A DNA stretch of 64,000 nucleotides from Marsupella aquatica (GCA_973895155.1 OZ316893.1:248001-312000), one strand, 5' to 3'. Positions 1 through 14,361 are shown, counted from the first letter of the stretch. Made by a program: numbers and translations. Notes: generated by a model not told the origin, from the sequence alone.

Positions 1-614
1 TTCCTTCTCCCGTATTTCACTGTACCCACAGAAAGGACAGAGTCAAGAGCCTATCGAATTGGTACTAAAATACTTCAGCCAGAAGTCACATGTTATCCTT
101 GGGTTGTGTACAGGACAGACTCTTAGGGCATCTTGACAGGCGTTCATTTGTAAGTTGCCTACACTGTCCTTTCTGCGCTATACACAAACCAGAATCTCAG
201 GTTTCTGAAAAGAGACTACTTAGAAATAAAGCCTAGCCATCATCTGTAGAATCCATCGTGATTAGACACAGATGACATGAACGTGAAAGCGCTTCCCTCC
301 CTCTCCTACAATTCAGAAATAAAGGCTATCCATCATTCTTGAACTTGGCTCTTATACAATCCGTGAAGAGACAAATACGACATGAATGTACGAGCCTCCC
401 CTCCCTCCCCTCCCCCCCCCCCCGCCCCCCCACCCACCCTGTGCTTCTTAACACGAAAAAATAATCAAACTTGAAGTTCAACTCAGTCTTGATCACATAA
501 GCCTCATAGCAGGAAATTCCCGCAACTATAAATGTCACACCGTGGTGCTGGAACAAGAGTTTCTGTTTAAAAGTAGGTACGCATAACGTTGAAATCGCTC
601 TTCAGTCTCATTAC

Positions 615-1420
615 CTGAAGGCCGTGTACAAGAACAATGGCGGATGCCAATACCAATCAAACCGGAAGATGAAGAATAAACTCTGCAAATCAAACGTCTT
701 TGTTGAGAATGCATTCAAGGTCGTTTGGTCACATCAAATTCAACAAAATGACATGCATACAAAATTAATCATACCTGGCTGAGGACTGTTGCCTAAAGCG
801 GTCCATATCCAAGAGTTCCATCGAGTCAGCTCCGTTCCCGTGCCGGGAATACGGAGCTCAATGGTACAGTTTGAGAAATACGATCTTATCTGTTTGACAA
901 AGGTTCAAATCAGTCTAAGTAGTGCAATCTTGCAGAGCCGTCAAATTTCAAATCTCATCTTTCCTTCCCATGGACTAAGGAAAGAATATTCATTACGCGA
1001 AGGCTCTGTTGGGGAAACCTTGCCCGGGCAGAGGGATCTCAGCTCAGCGTAACAGTTGGAGGAAGCCCTAGAAGCATAGCAGTAGCGGTATCTTCTCCAG
1101 GATCAATTCCTCCTGCTGGACTCTTTTACGAATCATCCCAGCTTTGCCATCAAAACTTGAGAATCAAAACTACAAGTTTTGAGAAGAAAAAGCATGAGAA
1201 GATCTTCCATCCAAACCCCAAAGCAACCCACCGTCATACCTGCACATTGCCCTCTGAAAAACTATGGCGCGAGTGCTCTTGTTTATCGCCCACCAAGAAA
1301 GAACCCTTTCCAACTGACGTGTCCTGCATACCAAACGAAGAATTGACGACATTTCTTCAAAGAAGAACTTGTGAACAAGTGTTATGCAGACCGTGTAAAT
1401 AGCAAATTGGGCAGGCTCGA
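615..1420 (-). pseudogene. Possible decayed spliced gene fragments (candidate Helitron cargo)
   Basis: Minus-strand GT..AG introns of about 92 bp (683-774) and about 98 bp (1142-1239), plus another donor at 613-614. The exon frames contain stops and no product is recognisable. Confidence 0.2.
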
Positions 1421-1914
1421 CAATTCGTTCAGAACAACAAGTTGAAGCAAGTGGCAACAAAATTGATCTAGATTGTGACGGGAAATCAGGAGACGGGCAG
1501 CAGGAGACGTCATGCAAGAATTGAGCAGGACTTGAACCAGGATGGACAGTATCCCGGGCTGAGAAAGAGATTCTGTCCCGCTTCCTTGGGCGCTCAGAGG
1601 TGAGAAGTATAGTTGCCCAGGAATCTAAGGTCGAAACGCAGAAGAACATCCAGTATAGCTAGGGCCTTACTAGGAATTCTCTGCCCAAAGGACATGACGA
1701 GAGGCCGTGTAAATGTGGTAACGCGAACCTAACAGGGATCACTGGATTCGTCAGCATGTAGCTACTACGCACAGCTCGATACCAACTCCCCGAGAAGTCA
1801 CGACAAGTAATTCTTAGCAGATTGTGAATTCTACAAGGATTGTTAGCTCATTAAATTAATTGCTGAACCACCATCCAATAATACATTCTTAATCTTGGTT
1901 CCTTTTATATTTAA

Positions 1915-2045
1915 ACCATTGCTCCCTTATCACTTAATATTGTCTTTTCCAACTTATAACTTGGTGTTAGTGGTAATTTGTACCATTGCTCCCTTATCAG
2001 CTAATATTGTCTTTTCCAACTTATAACTTGGTGTTAGTGGTAATT
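1915..2045. repeat. Tandem duplication, 2 copies, period 67 bp
   Basis: accattgctcccttatca..ggtgttagtggtaatt occurs at 1915 and 1982, nearly identical. Confidence 0.9.
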
Positions 2046-2099
2046 CCTGCTGATTATCTTCTTCATTTCTAGTTGTAGTTTACACGCCATGGCCACAAG

Positions 2100-2560
2100 A
2101 CTTTAGGGTTTAGGGTCACCCTTCCTGATTGTTTTACGTCCTGATTGCTGTAAAGCCAGGAATAGGGTGTCACAATTGGATTCCAAGGATATGAGTGTTT
2201 GGATGTTGGCCAGAAACAGGTGAAACCCATGAGTGAAGTTCCAGGAGAGGCAGAGGGGAGGCAGTCGCCGCAGCGCAGCGAGAGGCTGTACGCGATAGTC
2301 ATGCAACGGGGAGGTGGAAGGCAGAGTGGGCGGAGTTGATGCAAGGGGAGTTAGGGAAGAAGGCCGCAGTGCTATCCGGGCTCCCGATGCAGTGACGTTT
2401 GAAGAATGGCGCGAGGATCAATTTACTTTGAAATGTGGTTCCTTTGTATTTTCATGACGGGACGGTCATTTTGGGGCACTCGTGGCAAAAAGACCACGAA
2501 AAAGATCGCAAAGACCGGGCATTGCAATTGCTGGGCTGCACAAAAATGTATATGTATAGG
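2100..2560 (-). mobile_element. Helitron-like 5' terminal region, running leftwards
   Basis: Reverse complement of the 36242-37250 region. Starts CCTATACATATACATTTTTGTGCAGCCC versus TCTATATACATTTTCGTGCAGCCC at 36242. Confidence 0.6.
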
Positions 2561-2879
2561 GTTTTTTTCAGTGATGTTTAGGGCAATTTTGGACTAGAAT
2601 TTTTCAAGAAAAAATCCTGGCAAAAATTGGTGGACGAGATGCAAAACTCGGGGAAAACTCCCCCTTTTTTGGTTTATTTGGGCCTTTTTTGGGTGTTTTT
2701 TCCCCAAAAACCACGTCCCAAAACTGGTGGACCACTTCAAAAACAAGGGGCCAAACTCGGAGTGAAAACCAAAACCCTAAACCCCTAAAGTAGTTAGCGG
2801 CATTGTCTTATCAGGCCACCCCCACTCAAAGTAGAATCTTAGGATAGGACTCGCCGTTTTGCAGGCTGACAATTACATG

Positions 2880-3627
2880 TAGCTTAGGTTAGAGTTGGCG
2901 TCGCTGGCCGTGCCAGGCCTCGGCCCCAAGATAGTATTTAGTGCACCCCCAGCAGAAGCAAAGGGGGGGGGGACTTTAGGTTCAAAACCAGATATCTGCG
3001 TGATGTGCGGGGAGTCTTGGCCTTCTGAATAGAGAGCACCAAGGGGTGGATGTATGACTAATCTCATCGGGCGAGTGCGGGGCCGGGCTCCGTTGTATTG
3101 TACAAACCACTGCTGTTGGGCCTGTTGATTCCGTTGAAGTTGAGTCAACCGTGTGCATGTGTATGACGGATTCTGAAGTAAAGTCTTTACATTTCCTTCA
3201 TGTAAATTGGGATTGTATGTTGTGAGTCGAGTCATGATTTTGCAAGTCCTGTATGCGGGTAGAGACGCTTGGCCGAGTGCATTATGCGAGCGAGGCACGG
3301 GGTGCCAACGGTGGATAGTGACTGCGGGCCCAGGTTGAAGGCTGTATCATCGGATCCGGATTGGAGGCTGACAACACGACGGCTGAGAAGTCCTTAAGTC
3401 TGGGTCGATCGTAGTTATCGACGTGAGGTATGTTTCAGCGACAGAACACAAAGTATACAATCGCGGAACTCAACTACCTTAACACTTAGCTCTGGTGTCG
3501 CTGACTCCGACGCCGAGCTCCCTTATGGTCCAGGCCCGGATAGGCCATCCGGGGAGGACTTGGCATTGGGAGACTTGTGGGCAATGAGACATGGCACTAG
3601 CGAAGGCAAGGCGCCAAGCTAGTGACA
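2880..3627 (+). mobile_element. Truncated 3' (U5-side) fragment of a giant gypsy LTR related to 58997-63012
   Basis: Colinear similarity to about 62320-62890 (tagtatttagtgcacccc; gggcgagtgcgg.gccgggctccgttgta; ctgtatcatcg.atccggatt). Ends in GTGACA at 3627, as the LTR at 63012 does. Confidence 0.75.
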
Positions 3628-6600
3628 CACACTAAGGACTTAGACTAGATGAGAGTTGGTCGGGTCAAGGGGAAATGGGCCGAGCTCAAGGTCGACCGTC
3701 CGGACCCCCGGACAAACTTTGAGTTTTGAGGGCTTGAGTGTGAGCTCCTCTTGGGCCCAAGGCCAATGGAGTTGACGCCATGGGCAACGGACGCTTGGGC
3801 ACAAGTTATGGCCCAATCCGGGTTTGGCCCCCCCGTTCAACCCAAGCGGCGATGAGATCTGAGGGCCTAGGCATGAGCACTGGGTCTTCCCGATCACAAC
3901 GTGCTAAGGCACTCCGCTTGCGGACGCCTAACTAGGAAGTTATGGGCGTTGCCAGTTGGTGGCATGCCCAGACTTGCGGGAGAGGATCCGGGTTGTGGCC
4001 CAAAAAATTGAGGACCAAAGTTGGTCCGGGGGTAGCACGTCTCCAGAAGCATATATGAGGGGAGTGGTGTCTCCCTGGGGGCTAAGGGCGAGCCAAAGTC
4101 GTGGGCCGCGGTGGCCGCGACACTAAGGGAAAATGTCAAACAGAAACGGCAATAACTTCCCATTGGGAAGTCCGTTGGAGTACTTCTTGGGTGCGTCGGA
4201 AAGCTCTCAAGGAGGAATACATCCTCCTGAGCTCAGTTGGGTCTGGGGGTGCCATAGGTTCTTGAGATTTGTGGATGTTATCACGCCTGCTTGCCAAATC
4301 CTATCGAAACAACAGCCAAGCCGCGTTCAGTCTCTCAAGGGAGCTTGCGTTGGGGATGCAAGAGTAGGCGTGGAGGTTGAGTTCCAAGGGCACTTGGCCC
4401 CTAGACCATCAGTGGGGTGAGAACCGGGAGATGGTTTGCTAGAGTCGGGGCCATTCTGGTCTTGGCATGTTGGGACAAGCTTTAGGATAAGCTACGCTAT
4501 TTGGGCCATGAGCATGTCCTGGGGTTAGGGCGGTCAGTTGGTGATGGATAGGTACAAGGGGGAACGCGGGACGCACCCAAGGAAGGAGTTGTTCTGGACG
4601 AACATTGGACGTGGGTTCTGGTTCCTGCTTATGGCATCGGGAGGACCTATCGCTGACCTATTTACCAATGTCTGTTGAACTTGAGTTAGGATGCTAGACT
4701 TGGGAGTTCTAGATCCTGAAGGGTTACTTACCGAGGTGCTTGGTTGCTTGTGCAAACAGTGAGGACTGTTGAGTAGCGGTCGTGTTGGAGAGCAAGTGCG
4801 GCTTCGTATGGGAGGGGCTGCTGGTGGTGCAAAGGGCACTAGGTTACTTGCTCGAGGTATTCCGTGGAGGCATTTGGGCACTAGGGGCACTTAGGCATGG
4901 GTGTTGGGATTGGTGAGGGCGCCGGGTGGCTAGGTCCACCACTTATACCTAGGATAAGTAACTATATACATATAGTTATGCGCTCTGAGCCCTAGTTTAG
5001 CCGAATAACCATGCACGGATAGCACATCCCTCCTTGCTCAAACCCTCAATACTAACAAAGTTTGGTAGCGTATCGCGTGTCCCGAGAGATTGTGGTTTGG
5101 TGGCAATCAGGAAACTGTGTCCCTAGAAAGCTCATGATGCTATAAAGCTGGATATCCTGGTGGGTTGTTCGATGGCGCCAGTGGGGAAATTTTATTCGAG
5201 TGGTATGACATCCATCTCCTCTCTTGTCTTTCATTTCCATCAACTTTATGTTAGCGCCAAGCGCTGGTATGATTTGCTCGTATCTTACACGTAAAAACCA
5301 GGAATACAATACATTGAGTATAACATGTCCATAAAGTTCCAGAATCATAATTGCGATTGTATTTCACGTCTATTATACATACTTGTCGGTGCCAGTGCCT
5401 GGCGCTGGTAATACAATGCTAGTACTTATTATTGCATTAGGACTATGGCAGAGAAAAAGCGCAGAAGAAGGTGCCTTGATTCCCTACTGTACAGGGTCAG
5501 AATCAAGGCATGCATCGATGAAAGCATGGGCTACAAAGAAAAAAGTTGGTCTTTTTGAAGCATGCAAAGTTGCCCAAAAGTGAGCCCTGTCTCAAGTTGC
5601 AGGATACAGTGCATATTGGAAAGGGTTGAACAGAGGAAAGGGGCCAACTATATGGGAATTGGCGTTCTGTTCCGCCGATCAAGCAGGTATGCCGAGGTTA
5701 TTTGAAGATGCGACCAACATGCTTCTTTCCAACAGGGCGGACTTCGATTTGGGAAGAAGTACTCCCCTTAACGGGATATCATGACCAAGTCAATGAAGAG
5801 AAAGGGACATGCAACTGGGACTGTCTCTCCACAAGACTCCCATCGGCATGACATCGTTCTCATAACCACACCAAATACTCGTGGTTTGAAAAGGAAAAAC
5901 CCAAACATAACTGACTTTGCCTCCATTCCCTCTAATTCTAATGATCCTATGACAAGAGTGGTGAATCTCTTTGGTATGGACACATCAGATGGTGATACTG
6001 ATTCACTGGACAATACCCCTCAAACAACCCGTACAACAAGATCCACAAAACCTCCGCTCAGTGCCCCAACCTCACTTCAAAATCCACTTCCATGCACAAT
6101 TGTGCTAGAGGAGGATGTGCCTCTTGGGCAGTGGCAGTTGCGACGGACGTCCAAGTATGGAGCAGGTCCCCAGTGTAATGGGACACTCAATGGGAGTTCT
6201 GATCGCGATGAGTGTCAAATCGTATCAAGAAGGTTGGCTTCCATTCGTCTGACGGTGTTGTTGGAATTGTCGTGAAGGGCCATCGTCTCTTCAGGGGCGA
6301 ACCCATCTCTGAAATGATTTGGTTCTGCCCAAACCAAACCTGTTATAAGAGTCGTCCGCGTCATGGTGTTCATCAGCTTCCTCCTCTTCCTGAAATTTTG
6401 CCTGTTCTGAAGGGTACAAGCCTCTCTCCTTCTAAAATCATGTTCCTCGAAGAGCAAGGACTTGTCTTAGCCCAAACAACAGGATCGAGTCGATCTGCGC
6501 CATCTTTGTCAGACCTCAGGATAAATTTTTGGAGCCAAATGTCCGGCTGGGTAGTCGGAATGGGAGGAACTCAAGACCTCGATCTAATCTCACTATGGGT

Positions 6601-7848
6601 CGGGTGGGTATTGATCTTCAACTGGGCTGAAGGGAAACTGACGGAGCTGAAGGTGTGCTGGGTGTACTCAAATCTGGTCTTGTGGATGAGCGTTACGATT
6701 GATAGTTGACTGGGTGCTAAGATGCTTACTCCTGTTAGGGGGGTGTAACTTTTGCGAATGCAGGTGGAAGCGATGGAAGGGATGCTTGGATAAGAAAGCT
6801 AAATGAAAAAGTAGGAAGGACTGGCATGGTTTAGGGTCGGTGCTGTTGGTAGATGTGACCGCTGGAGCCCTGCGCATGACCAACTGCATCTGTTTGAAGA
6901 GATAATCTTACTTAGGGAGGTGTGGCATTAGGAAGCGGATTCGGATTACAGCTTGTAAGATTGATTAGCAGCAATCAGGAAGGACGCGGGGCGGCGCTAT
7001 TCCAAGGGCGGAGGAAGTATAAGGTGGCGGATGGAAGGTTGCTGAACTTTGTTTGGTTCTACACATTGAGAGTTGGCTGGCGATTGCAGGGCGATATTTG
7101 GAGATGTTTACCTTTCTTCAGGGGGTGCTTTGGCGATTTAGGGTGGGTGGCGGAAGTAATGGAGATTCTGCTTTGTTCCGCCTCTTTTCCCTATGATTTT
7201 GTGTACACTGAGAGAGAGGAAGTCAAGAGCCATCATTGAGCAAGTGATTTGGATTAGGGGTCGTGGAACCTAATTACACTAGGAAGGGGTAAGCACGGCC
7301 GTGACGGGATCTGGATCTTGACTTCATTTGTTAGGTCGGAGGTGCAACAAGATATGGGACTGACAACTGAGATCATGATCGCTGATTGGTGACCCACAGG
7401 GAGCTGGGGGGAATTAGTTTTGAGGACCTGAGGGAATTGACGGTAATACCATTGTCACTAACAACAAGGTAAGATAGGGCAAAGTAAGAGATCAAAATCT
7501 GAAGTAAATAGCGGAGAGCAAGGGCAGTGGGCCTTAGAAGCCAAGCGAAGCGGCATGAATCTGACTTAGTAACAGGGATAGATAGGGAAAGGAAAAGTTA
7601 AAGGGCAGATTGGAAGACCCACAAGGCAAAAAAGGGGAAGTAGAAGCGGTGGCAGGAGGCACTCACTGTGGGGACCTGCTATTGGCGCGGGGAAGGGAAG
7701 AATGAACGGCTGACTAACTGGGAGATTACAAAGTAGCAACTCACGGGACAGGGGTGGAGGACTTTGCTGACACCAGGAAGGAAGGGCGGATTGAGAGGTG
7801 AGAAGGATCCCTCTACTCTAAGTACCATCTGAAATTACTGCTTAAATT

Positions 7849-8510
7849 ATGGAGTTGATAGGGGAGGATAATGCAAGATATAGCAGGCACGACTCACGTA
7901 GCTCAATTGCACACCTTGGCCGGGGGGCCCAGGATGCTCCTGGCCTTCGGCCTTTTTTTGTGGCCCAACAACCCTTTGACTTGTATGCCAATTCGGATCA
8001 GGCGCGCAAGCGCCTGGCGGACCCAAAGGAGCCACAAGAGAACAGCAATGAGCCTGGGAAGGCGAGAGACAGCGAGATCACACCGGGCCCGACAAAGAGT
8101 AGGGCTATTGAGCACAATGCTGAACCTGCCAGAACCCCTGGTGCAGGACCTCAGGCCATTGGACCTCAACTAGTCGAGATTAGGGCCCCGACTGAGCGTG
8201 AAACACTGGAGAAGGCAGATGGACGGGAAAGGGAAGGGGTCTCGGATAAATGTATTAACATTTTAAAGGAGATCGCGGACAACACAAAAGGTTATTGGAG
8301 CTCTAAGCTATTCACCACGGTGGACTGGAGTCTCAAGGAAGCAACGTGCAATGTAAGGCAGTTGTACAATTGTGCAATGTTGTGTTATTTTACTGACTGG
8401 ACGTCGATACTGCCAACATTCCGGGCATGGGTGGAAGACTGGATGGTAGAGAGGCAAGGCTGGCCGATGATGCAAATGAAATTCGTTGGGAAAAGTTTCT
8501 ATATGATTGT
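7849..8510 (+). pseudogene. LINE ORF1-like fragment (DUF4283-type region), cut by an LTR insertion at 8511
   Basis: FRAWVEDWMVERQGWPMMQMKFVGKSFYMIV resembles the plant LINE ORF1 N-terminal domain. The frame runs into the LTR terminus. Confidence 0.5.
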
Positions 8511-11043
8511 TGTGGTGCGTCCCATGGCTCCCCAAACCCAAGAAACCCCCCTGAACAGGCCGATTCCCGCAGGTTTTGTCCTCGGCGAGGCCGTTTCGCG
8601 GCTTAGCGGCATGGGACGCTGCTAACTTCCTTCTACTACTAGTATTAACATTTTACACACATATCCTGGACAGATCCTTCATCGGGTCATGAGATACGTA
8701 GCCGGCCTAATCTAGGCCTTCCCTTGTATTCCCCTCCTTTTCTTTAGGTATATTTGGATTCCACCGCCGGAATGATCCCCAATTGGCTTGGTTAAGCCGC
8801 TAAGACCTCTCTCAGCTCGACACATCCAACTCTCACTCCCTTGCTTACTTCCCTTCATCTATTAGTTGATGTGGGCACTCTTCACACAAGTTAATGCGAC
8901 ACACAAATAGCAAAATGACTCCTTCTGACTGAGTTATACCATGCACTTGTCATACAAACAGTACATCTCATACACAAGTTCTGCGAACTAAGCCGTGAGG
9001 CCAACTCTATTCAGCTCTTAGGCATGAGGAAACATGAATATACACAAGGGTCATTGTATAACTAACCGAGAGCTTCTCTTACTACTTGATCCCAGCCCTG
9101 CTGGTGCAACTAAAAACTTGCTAAGAAAGAGGCCCTAGACTCCTTGCTGCCCAGGTACTTATCCTGGAAGTGGATCCGCCAATTCTTAGCAGCGTAAGCT
9201 TAATCTATCCTACCTGTCATCTACCTAACTGTAATCTACCTAAGTACAGTGAGGCACGAGCACAAGTGTTGCTCCTACCAGTGGATCCGCATTCCCACTA
9301 ATCTAAGTATCAGGGCCGTCTTCTGGTCCTGATCCTCAGCCTAAACTTGGAGATCCGAGCCCGCCCTGCCCACTCACGCCTCCTACCTCCACGTCCGCCC
9401 TTTCTAAAAGGAACGGCGCCCTTGCACCGTCACGACACCGGTGGAGGATCCTCAATGGACGCCCCCAATGCTTCCCCCGTAGCCACTGCCGTCGGTCCTT
9501 CCTCTGGCAGATTACCTGCCCCGGACCGAGTCAACTCTTCATCGGCCTAACTGGGTCCACCCTCGCCTTTGGCATCAGTATCGGCCACGACCTCCCCGGC
9601 TATGGTTTCCTCGGCTGGCTCTAGTGGTGGGTTTGCTACCACGGCTTCATCAATAGTTGTCCCGGCCTCGGCCTTGCCATCCCCACCTTCCTCGATAGGG
9701 TGGATCCATTGTCGTGACCATGCTGGAGGTTGGTGCCGGGTTTACCTCCTTGGTCACAACGATTGGAGGAGCCGTATAACTCCCAGACCCAGAAGGTTTC
9801 CGCTTCTTCTTCTTCCCTGTTTCGGCAGCTAGTCCCTTCCCTTTGCCACTTACCTCCGGCACCAGGGCGTGTGTCTCGGCTTGTCCTTTTGCCAGTACCA
9901 CTCCTGGTAACGGGGTTCCCACAATTGGAGTTGGAACAGATGAAGCTAAGCACTTAAATACTGCGGCCTGTTTTGATCTTCAGCCGCTCCGTTTGGTTGT
10001 CGGCCCGCCGCTGTAAGTTCTCCATCTTCCGGGTGCTTTCCTCCAACTCCTGCAATTCATCTAGGTCCTTCCTTGCCTCCTTCAGCTCCTTCTGGGCTTC
10101 TTCCAACTCTTTCTGGGCTTCCTCTAACTCTTTCTTTAAGGTAGCCCTCTCCTCCTGGGTTGCTCTCAGCTCCTTGTCGAGCTTCGTAACGACCTCAGAC
10201 TCCATTTTATTCATCTTGGCATAAGTCTGGTCGAGCTGGTCGTCTTTCTCATGGAGGTTGGCCTTGAAGTTGGCCATCATGGATGCGAGCTCCTGCCGCA
10301 GTACGATAATCGCCTGATAGGATTTCCCTAACTCGGCCTCCTTCTGCTCTAGGGCTCCACGGATATCCTTGAGTTCCCCCTTCAACGCCCTCTCCCTTCT
10401 CTGAGTCTCCGCCATGGCCCGGTTGTTGGCTGCTATGTGGGCCTCCTCTGCATCTCTCAGCTCTCGCTTCTACTTCTCCCTATCTTTGACCGCCTCGGCC
10501 AACTCTCCTTGGGTCCGAGTCAGTTTATCCTTGATAATCTGATTATCAGACTGCGCGGTATCCAACTGCCCCTGCATGATGTTTAGCTCCAGCCGTTTAA
10601 TCCGTAGCTCATCTTGGGCTTTCTTGGCCGCCTTTAGGTCTTCCACCTCGGCTTCCATCTCCCTAAGCCGTCGGATGACCTCGTCCTTCTTGCTTCTCTC
10701 CAAAGCCATCGCTTCTTCTAATTGGTGCTTCTCCAATATCTCCCTCTGGAAAAAGGGTCCCTGCTCCAACTCCTCCCCAAAGATGCTGAGCGCAAGTTCC
10801 CCACACATCTCCCAGTACTCCATGGCTCTATCTTTAGCATAGGTGGAGTAAGTAGAAGTCATCGGCATCAACCACCTCGGCCTCTGTTCCCAAGCCGCCT
10901 TGCGGATTTCTTCTATGGTGGCAAGAGGGTTGCTTCTTTTTTTGGCAAGCCGCCTGATGTCCTCCGACCAATCTCCTCTTGGTAAATCTTTCTCCCTAGC
11001 CAGGCTGCCTTCTCTTCCTCTCTGAGTCGCTCCTGAAACTCTT
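8511..11043 (-). mobile_element. Giant coding LTR family A, copy 1 (outermost, 3' part only)
   Basis: Begins tgtggtgcgtcccatggctcc as at 11044 and 14362, and is colinear with 14362-16870. Interrupted at 11043 by copy 2. Confidence 0.9.
9548..11043 (-). pseudogene. C-terminal part of the LTR-encoded coiled-coil protein, copy 1
   Basis: ORF pieces 10470-10871, 9954-10415 and 9650-9922 match the 1121-aa ORF. TGG>TAG stop at 10470 and a frameshift near 9975. Confidence 0.85.
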
Positions 11044-12105
11044 TGTGGTGCGTCCCATGGCTCCCTAAACCCAAGAAACCCCCCAGCTCAAGCCGATTCC
11101 CGCAGGTTTTGCGCTTGGCGAGGCCATTTCCGCGGCTTAGCGGCATGGGATGCTGCTAACCTCTTCTACTATTACTATTAGCCTTTTATACACATATACT
11201 GGACAGATCCTTCATCGGGTCATGAGATACGTAGCCGGCCTAATCTAGGCCTTCCCTTGTCTTCCTCTCCTTCTGGTTAGGTATGTTTGGATTCCGCCGC
11301 CGGAATGATCCCCAATAGGCTTGGTTAAGCCGCTAAGACCTCTCTCAGCTCAACACATCCAACTCTCACTCCCTTGCTTACTTTCCTTCCTTCTGGTTGA
11401 TGTGGGCACTCTTCACACAAGTTAATGCGACACACAAATAGCAAAATGACTCCTTCCGACTGAGTCATATCATGCACTTGCCATACAAATAGTACATCTC
11501 ATACACAAGCTCTGCGAACTAAGCCGTGAGGCCAACTCTATTCAGCTCTTAGGCATGAGGAAACATGAATATACACAAGGTCACGGTATGACTAACCGAG
11601 AGCTTCTCTTACTACTTGATCCCAGCCCGGCTGGTGCAAACTAAAAACTTGCTAAAGAAGAGGCCCTGAGCTCCCCGCTGCCCAGGTACTTATCCTGGTA
11701 GTGGATCCGCCTAATTCTTTGCATCGTAAGCCTAATCTACCTAACAGTAATCTACCTGCCCGAAACTACCTATGTACAGCAAGGCAGGAGCACAAGTGTT
11801 GCTCCTACCAGTGGAACCGCAATCCCACTAAGCTAAGTGTCAGGGCCGCTCCTGGTCCTGATCCTAATCCTAAACTTGGAGATCAGCGCCCGCCCTGCCC
11901 ACTCACGCCTCCTACCTCCACGTCCGCCTTTCCTAAAAGGAACGGCGCCCTTGCACCGTCACGACACCGGTGGTGGATCCTCAATGGACGCCCCCAATGC
12001 TTCCTCCGCAACCACTGCCGTTGGTCCGTCCTCTGACAGATTACCTGCCTCTGACCGAGTCAACTTTTCGGCATGACTGGGCCCACCCTCGGCTTCGGCA
12101 TCAGC

Positions 12106-14361
12106 TCAGGAATCATTCTCAGCTACGGCCTCAGCCTCGGCTTCAGCCACTGTCTCCCCGGCGTGCTCAAGAGGTGGATCTGGGATACCGGCCTCATTAT
12201 TGAGTAGTCTGGCTTGGGCCGCGCCATCCCCACCTTTGGTGATAGCGGAATCTATTGCCGTGTTCATGCCGGAGGTTGGTGCTGGGTCTACCTCCTTGGT
12301 CACCACGGCCAGTGGAGTCGTATTACTCCTTGACCCTGAAGGTTTCCGCTTCTTCTTCTTTTCTGGTTCGGCAGCTGGTCCCTTCCCCTTCCCACTTACT
12401 TCCGTCACTGGTGCAGGTGGCGCGGCTTGTTCTTCGGCCAGTACCACTCCTGGTAACTTGGTTGCCCCAATTGGAGTTGGGCCTGATGCAGCTAAGCATT
12501 TGAATACTGCGGCTTGTTTCTTCAGCCGCTCAGTTTGGTTGTCGGCCCGCCGTTGTAGGTTCTCCATCTTCCTTGTGATTTCCTCCAACTCCTCCTGGGT
12601 CTCATCCAGGTCCTTACGTGCCTTCTCCAGCTCATTTTTGGCTTCCTCCAATTCCTTCTTGGTGGTAGCCCTCTCCTCCCGGGTTGCTCTCAGCTCCTTG
12701 TCGAGCTCCGCTACGACCTCAGACTCCATGTTATTCATCTTGGCATAAGTCTGGTCGAGCTGGGCGTCCTTCCCCCGCAGGTCGGCCTTGAAGCTGGCCG
12801 TCAGGGACGCAAGCTCCTGCTGTAGCGCAATAATCCCTTGATAGGATTTCCCTAACTCGGCCTCCTTCTGCTCAAGGACTCCGTGGATTTTCTCGAGCTC
12901 CCCCTTCAACGCCCTCTCCCTTCTCTGAGTCTCCGCCGTGACCCGGTTGTTGACTGCTATATGGGCCTCCTCTGCGTTTCTCAGCTCCTTCTTCCATTTC
13001 TCCCTGTCCTTGATTGCGTCGGCCAATTCTCCCTGGGTCTGAGTCAGTTTATCCTTGATAATCTGATTATCAGCCTACGCTGTGTCCAACTGCCCCTGCA
13101 TGATGTTCAGCTCATGCCACTTAATCCTCAGTTCATCTTGGGCTTTCTTGGCCGCCTTTAGATCTTCAATCTCGGCTTCCATCCTCCTAAGCCGCCGGAT
13201 GACCTCGTCCTTCTTGCTTCTCTTTAAAGCCACCGCTTCTTCTAATTGGTTCTTCTCCAACTGCTCCCTATGGAAAAAGGGTCCTACCTCCAACTCCTCC
13301 CCAAAGATGCTGAGCGCAAGTTCCCCACACATCTCACCATACTCCATGGCTCTATTCTTAGCGTAGGTGGAGTACATAGAAGTGATCGGCATCGCCCATC
13401 GCGGCCTCTGCTCCCAAGCCGTCTTGCGGATCTCTTCAATTGTGGCTAGAGGTTTGCTTCCTTTTTCGGCTAGCCGCCTGATGTCCTCCGGCCAATCTCC
13501 TCCTGGCAAATTCTTTTCCCTGGCCAGGGCTGCCTTCTCTTCCTGCCTGATTCGCTCCTGAAATTCCTGCCCTGTCTGTTTTATGCCGTCAAAGCTCGGG
13601 GGAGCAACATCTGGTGGGGGAGACTCAGGGCTACTCTGCTGGTTGGGGTCCCCTCGTACTACCCTTGGAAGTGTGGGGATAAACCGGCCACAGGTTCTTA
13701 CTCCTGGAACGTGATGGTCCGACCCATAGCCGGAGTTATCATGGCTGCAGTCCTCCACTGCCTCCTCTACTTCTTGGACTTCCGGCTTCTCCCTCTCTTC
13801 TTCGTCGGTAGGAGCTTCAGGCAATTCTGCCTCAGATTCAGAGCTTGAGACTCCCACGTACATTCGAACACCCGACTTGGATTCTGGCCTGATTCTGCTT
13901 AGGTTGACCTCTGGGGCAGTGTCCTGCATTGTTGCCGTTGCCGTTGTCATTGCTGATGCCGATCTCTTCTCTTTCTCCAGTAGTTTCAGCAGATTCTGCA
14001 TGCCTGGTTGCTGCATCGGCAAGTCCTCCGTCCTTGGCCTAAACACCTGCTCGATCGTAGGGCTAACAGGTGGTTGAGGCTTCTCTGCTACCGGCCTCGG
14101 TGCTGGGGCTTCCTCGGGTGCCCTTACCTGCAGGGGAAGTACTGGGGCAAAGGTCTGACCTCTGGCATACCGGCACAACAGCGGCATGTGATAGCCAAGC
14201 CGCGACACGCTCCCCATGCCGATTACCTGCTGCTCCTCCTTTAAGATCTTCTTCAATTGGTTGAGGAGGTACCCATTGTAGTCCCGGCTTGGGTCTGGCC
14301 TCTCTGCCAGATAGACCTGTGCCTTGCCGATCTCTGCCCTCGGCAAGTTACAATGCATGGT
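12106..14361 (-). pseudogene. LTR-encoded protein copy 2, C-terminal part
   Basis: ORFs 13075-14376 and 12106-13026 are near-identical to the 1121-aa protein. CAG>TAG stop at 13075. Confidence 0.9.

Noticed and set aside
3630-7800. Short ORFs, including 5781-6275 and 6212-6709
   Set aside because: No recognisable domain; probably decayed repeat sequence that I cannot assign.
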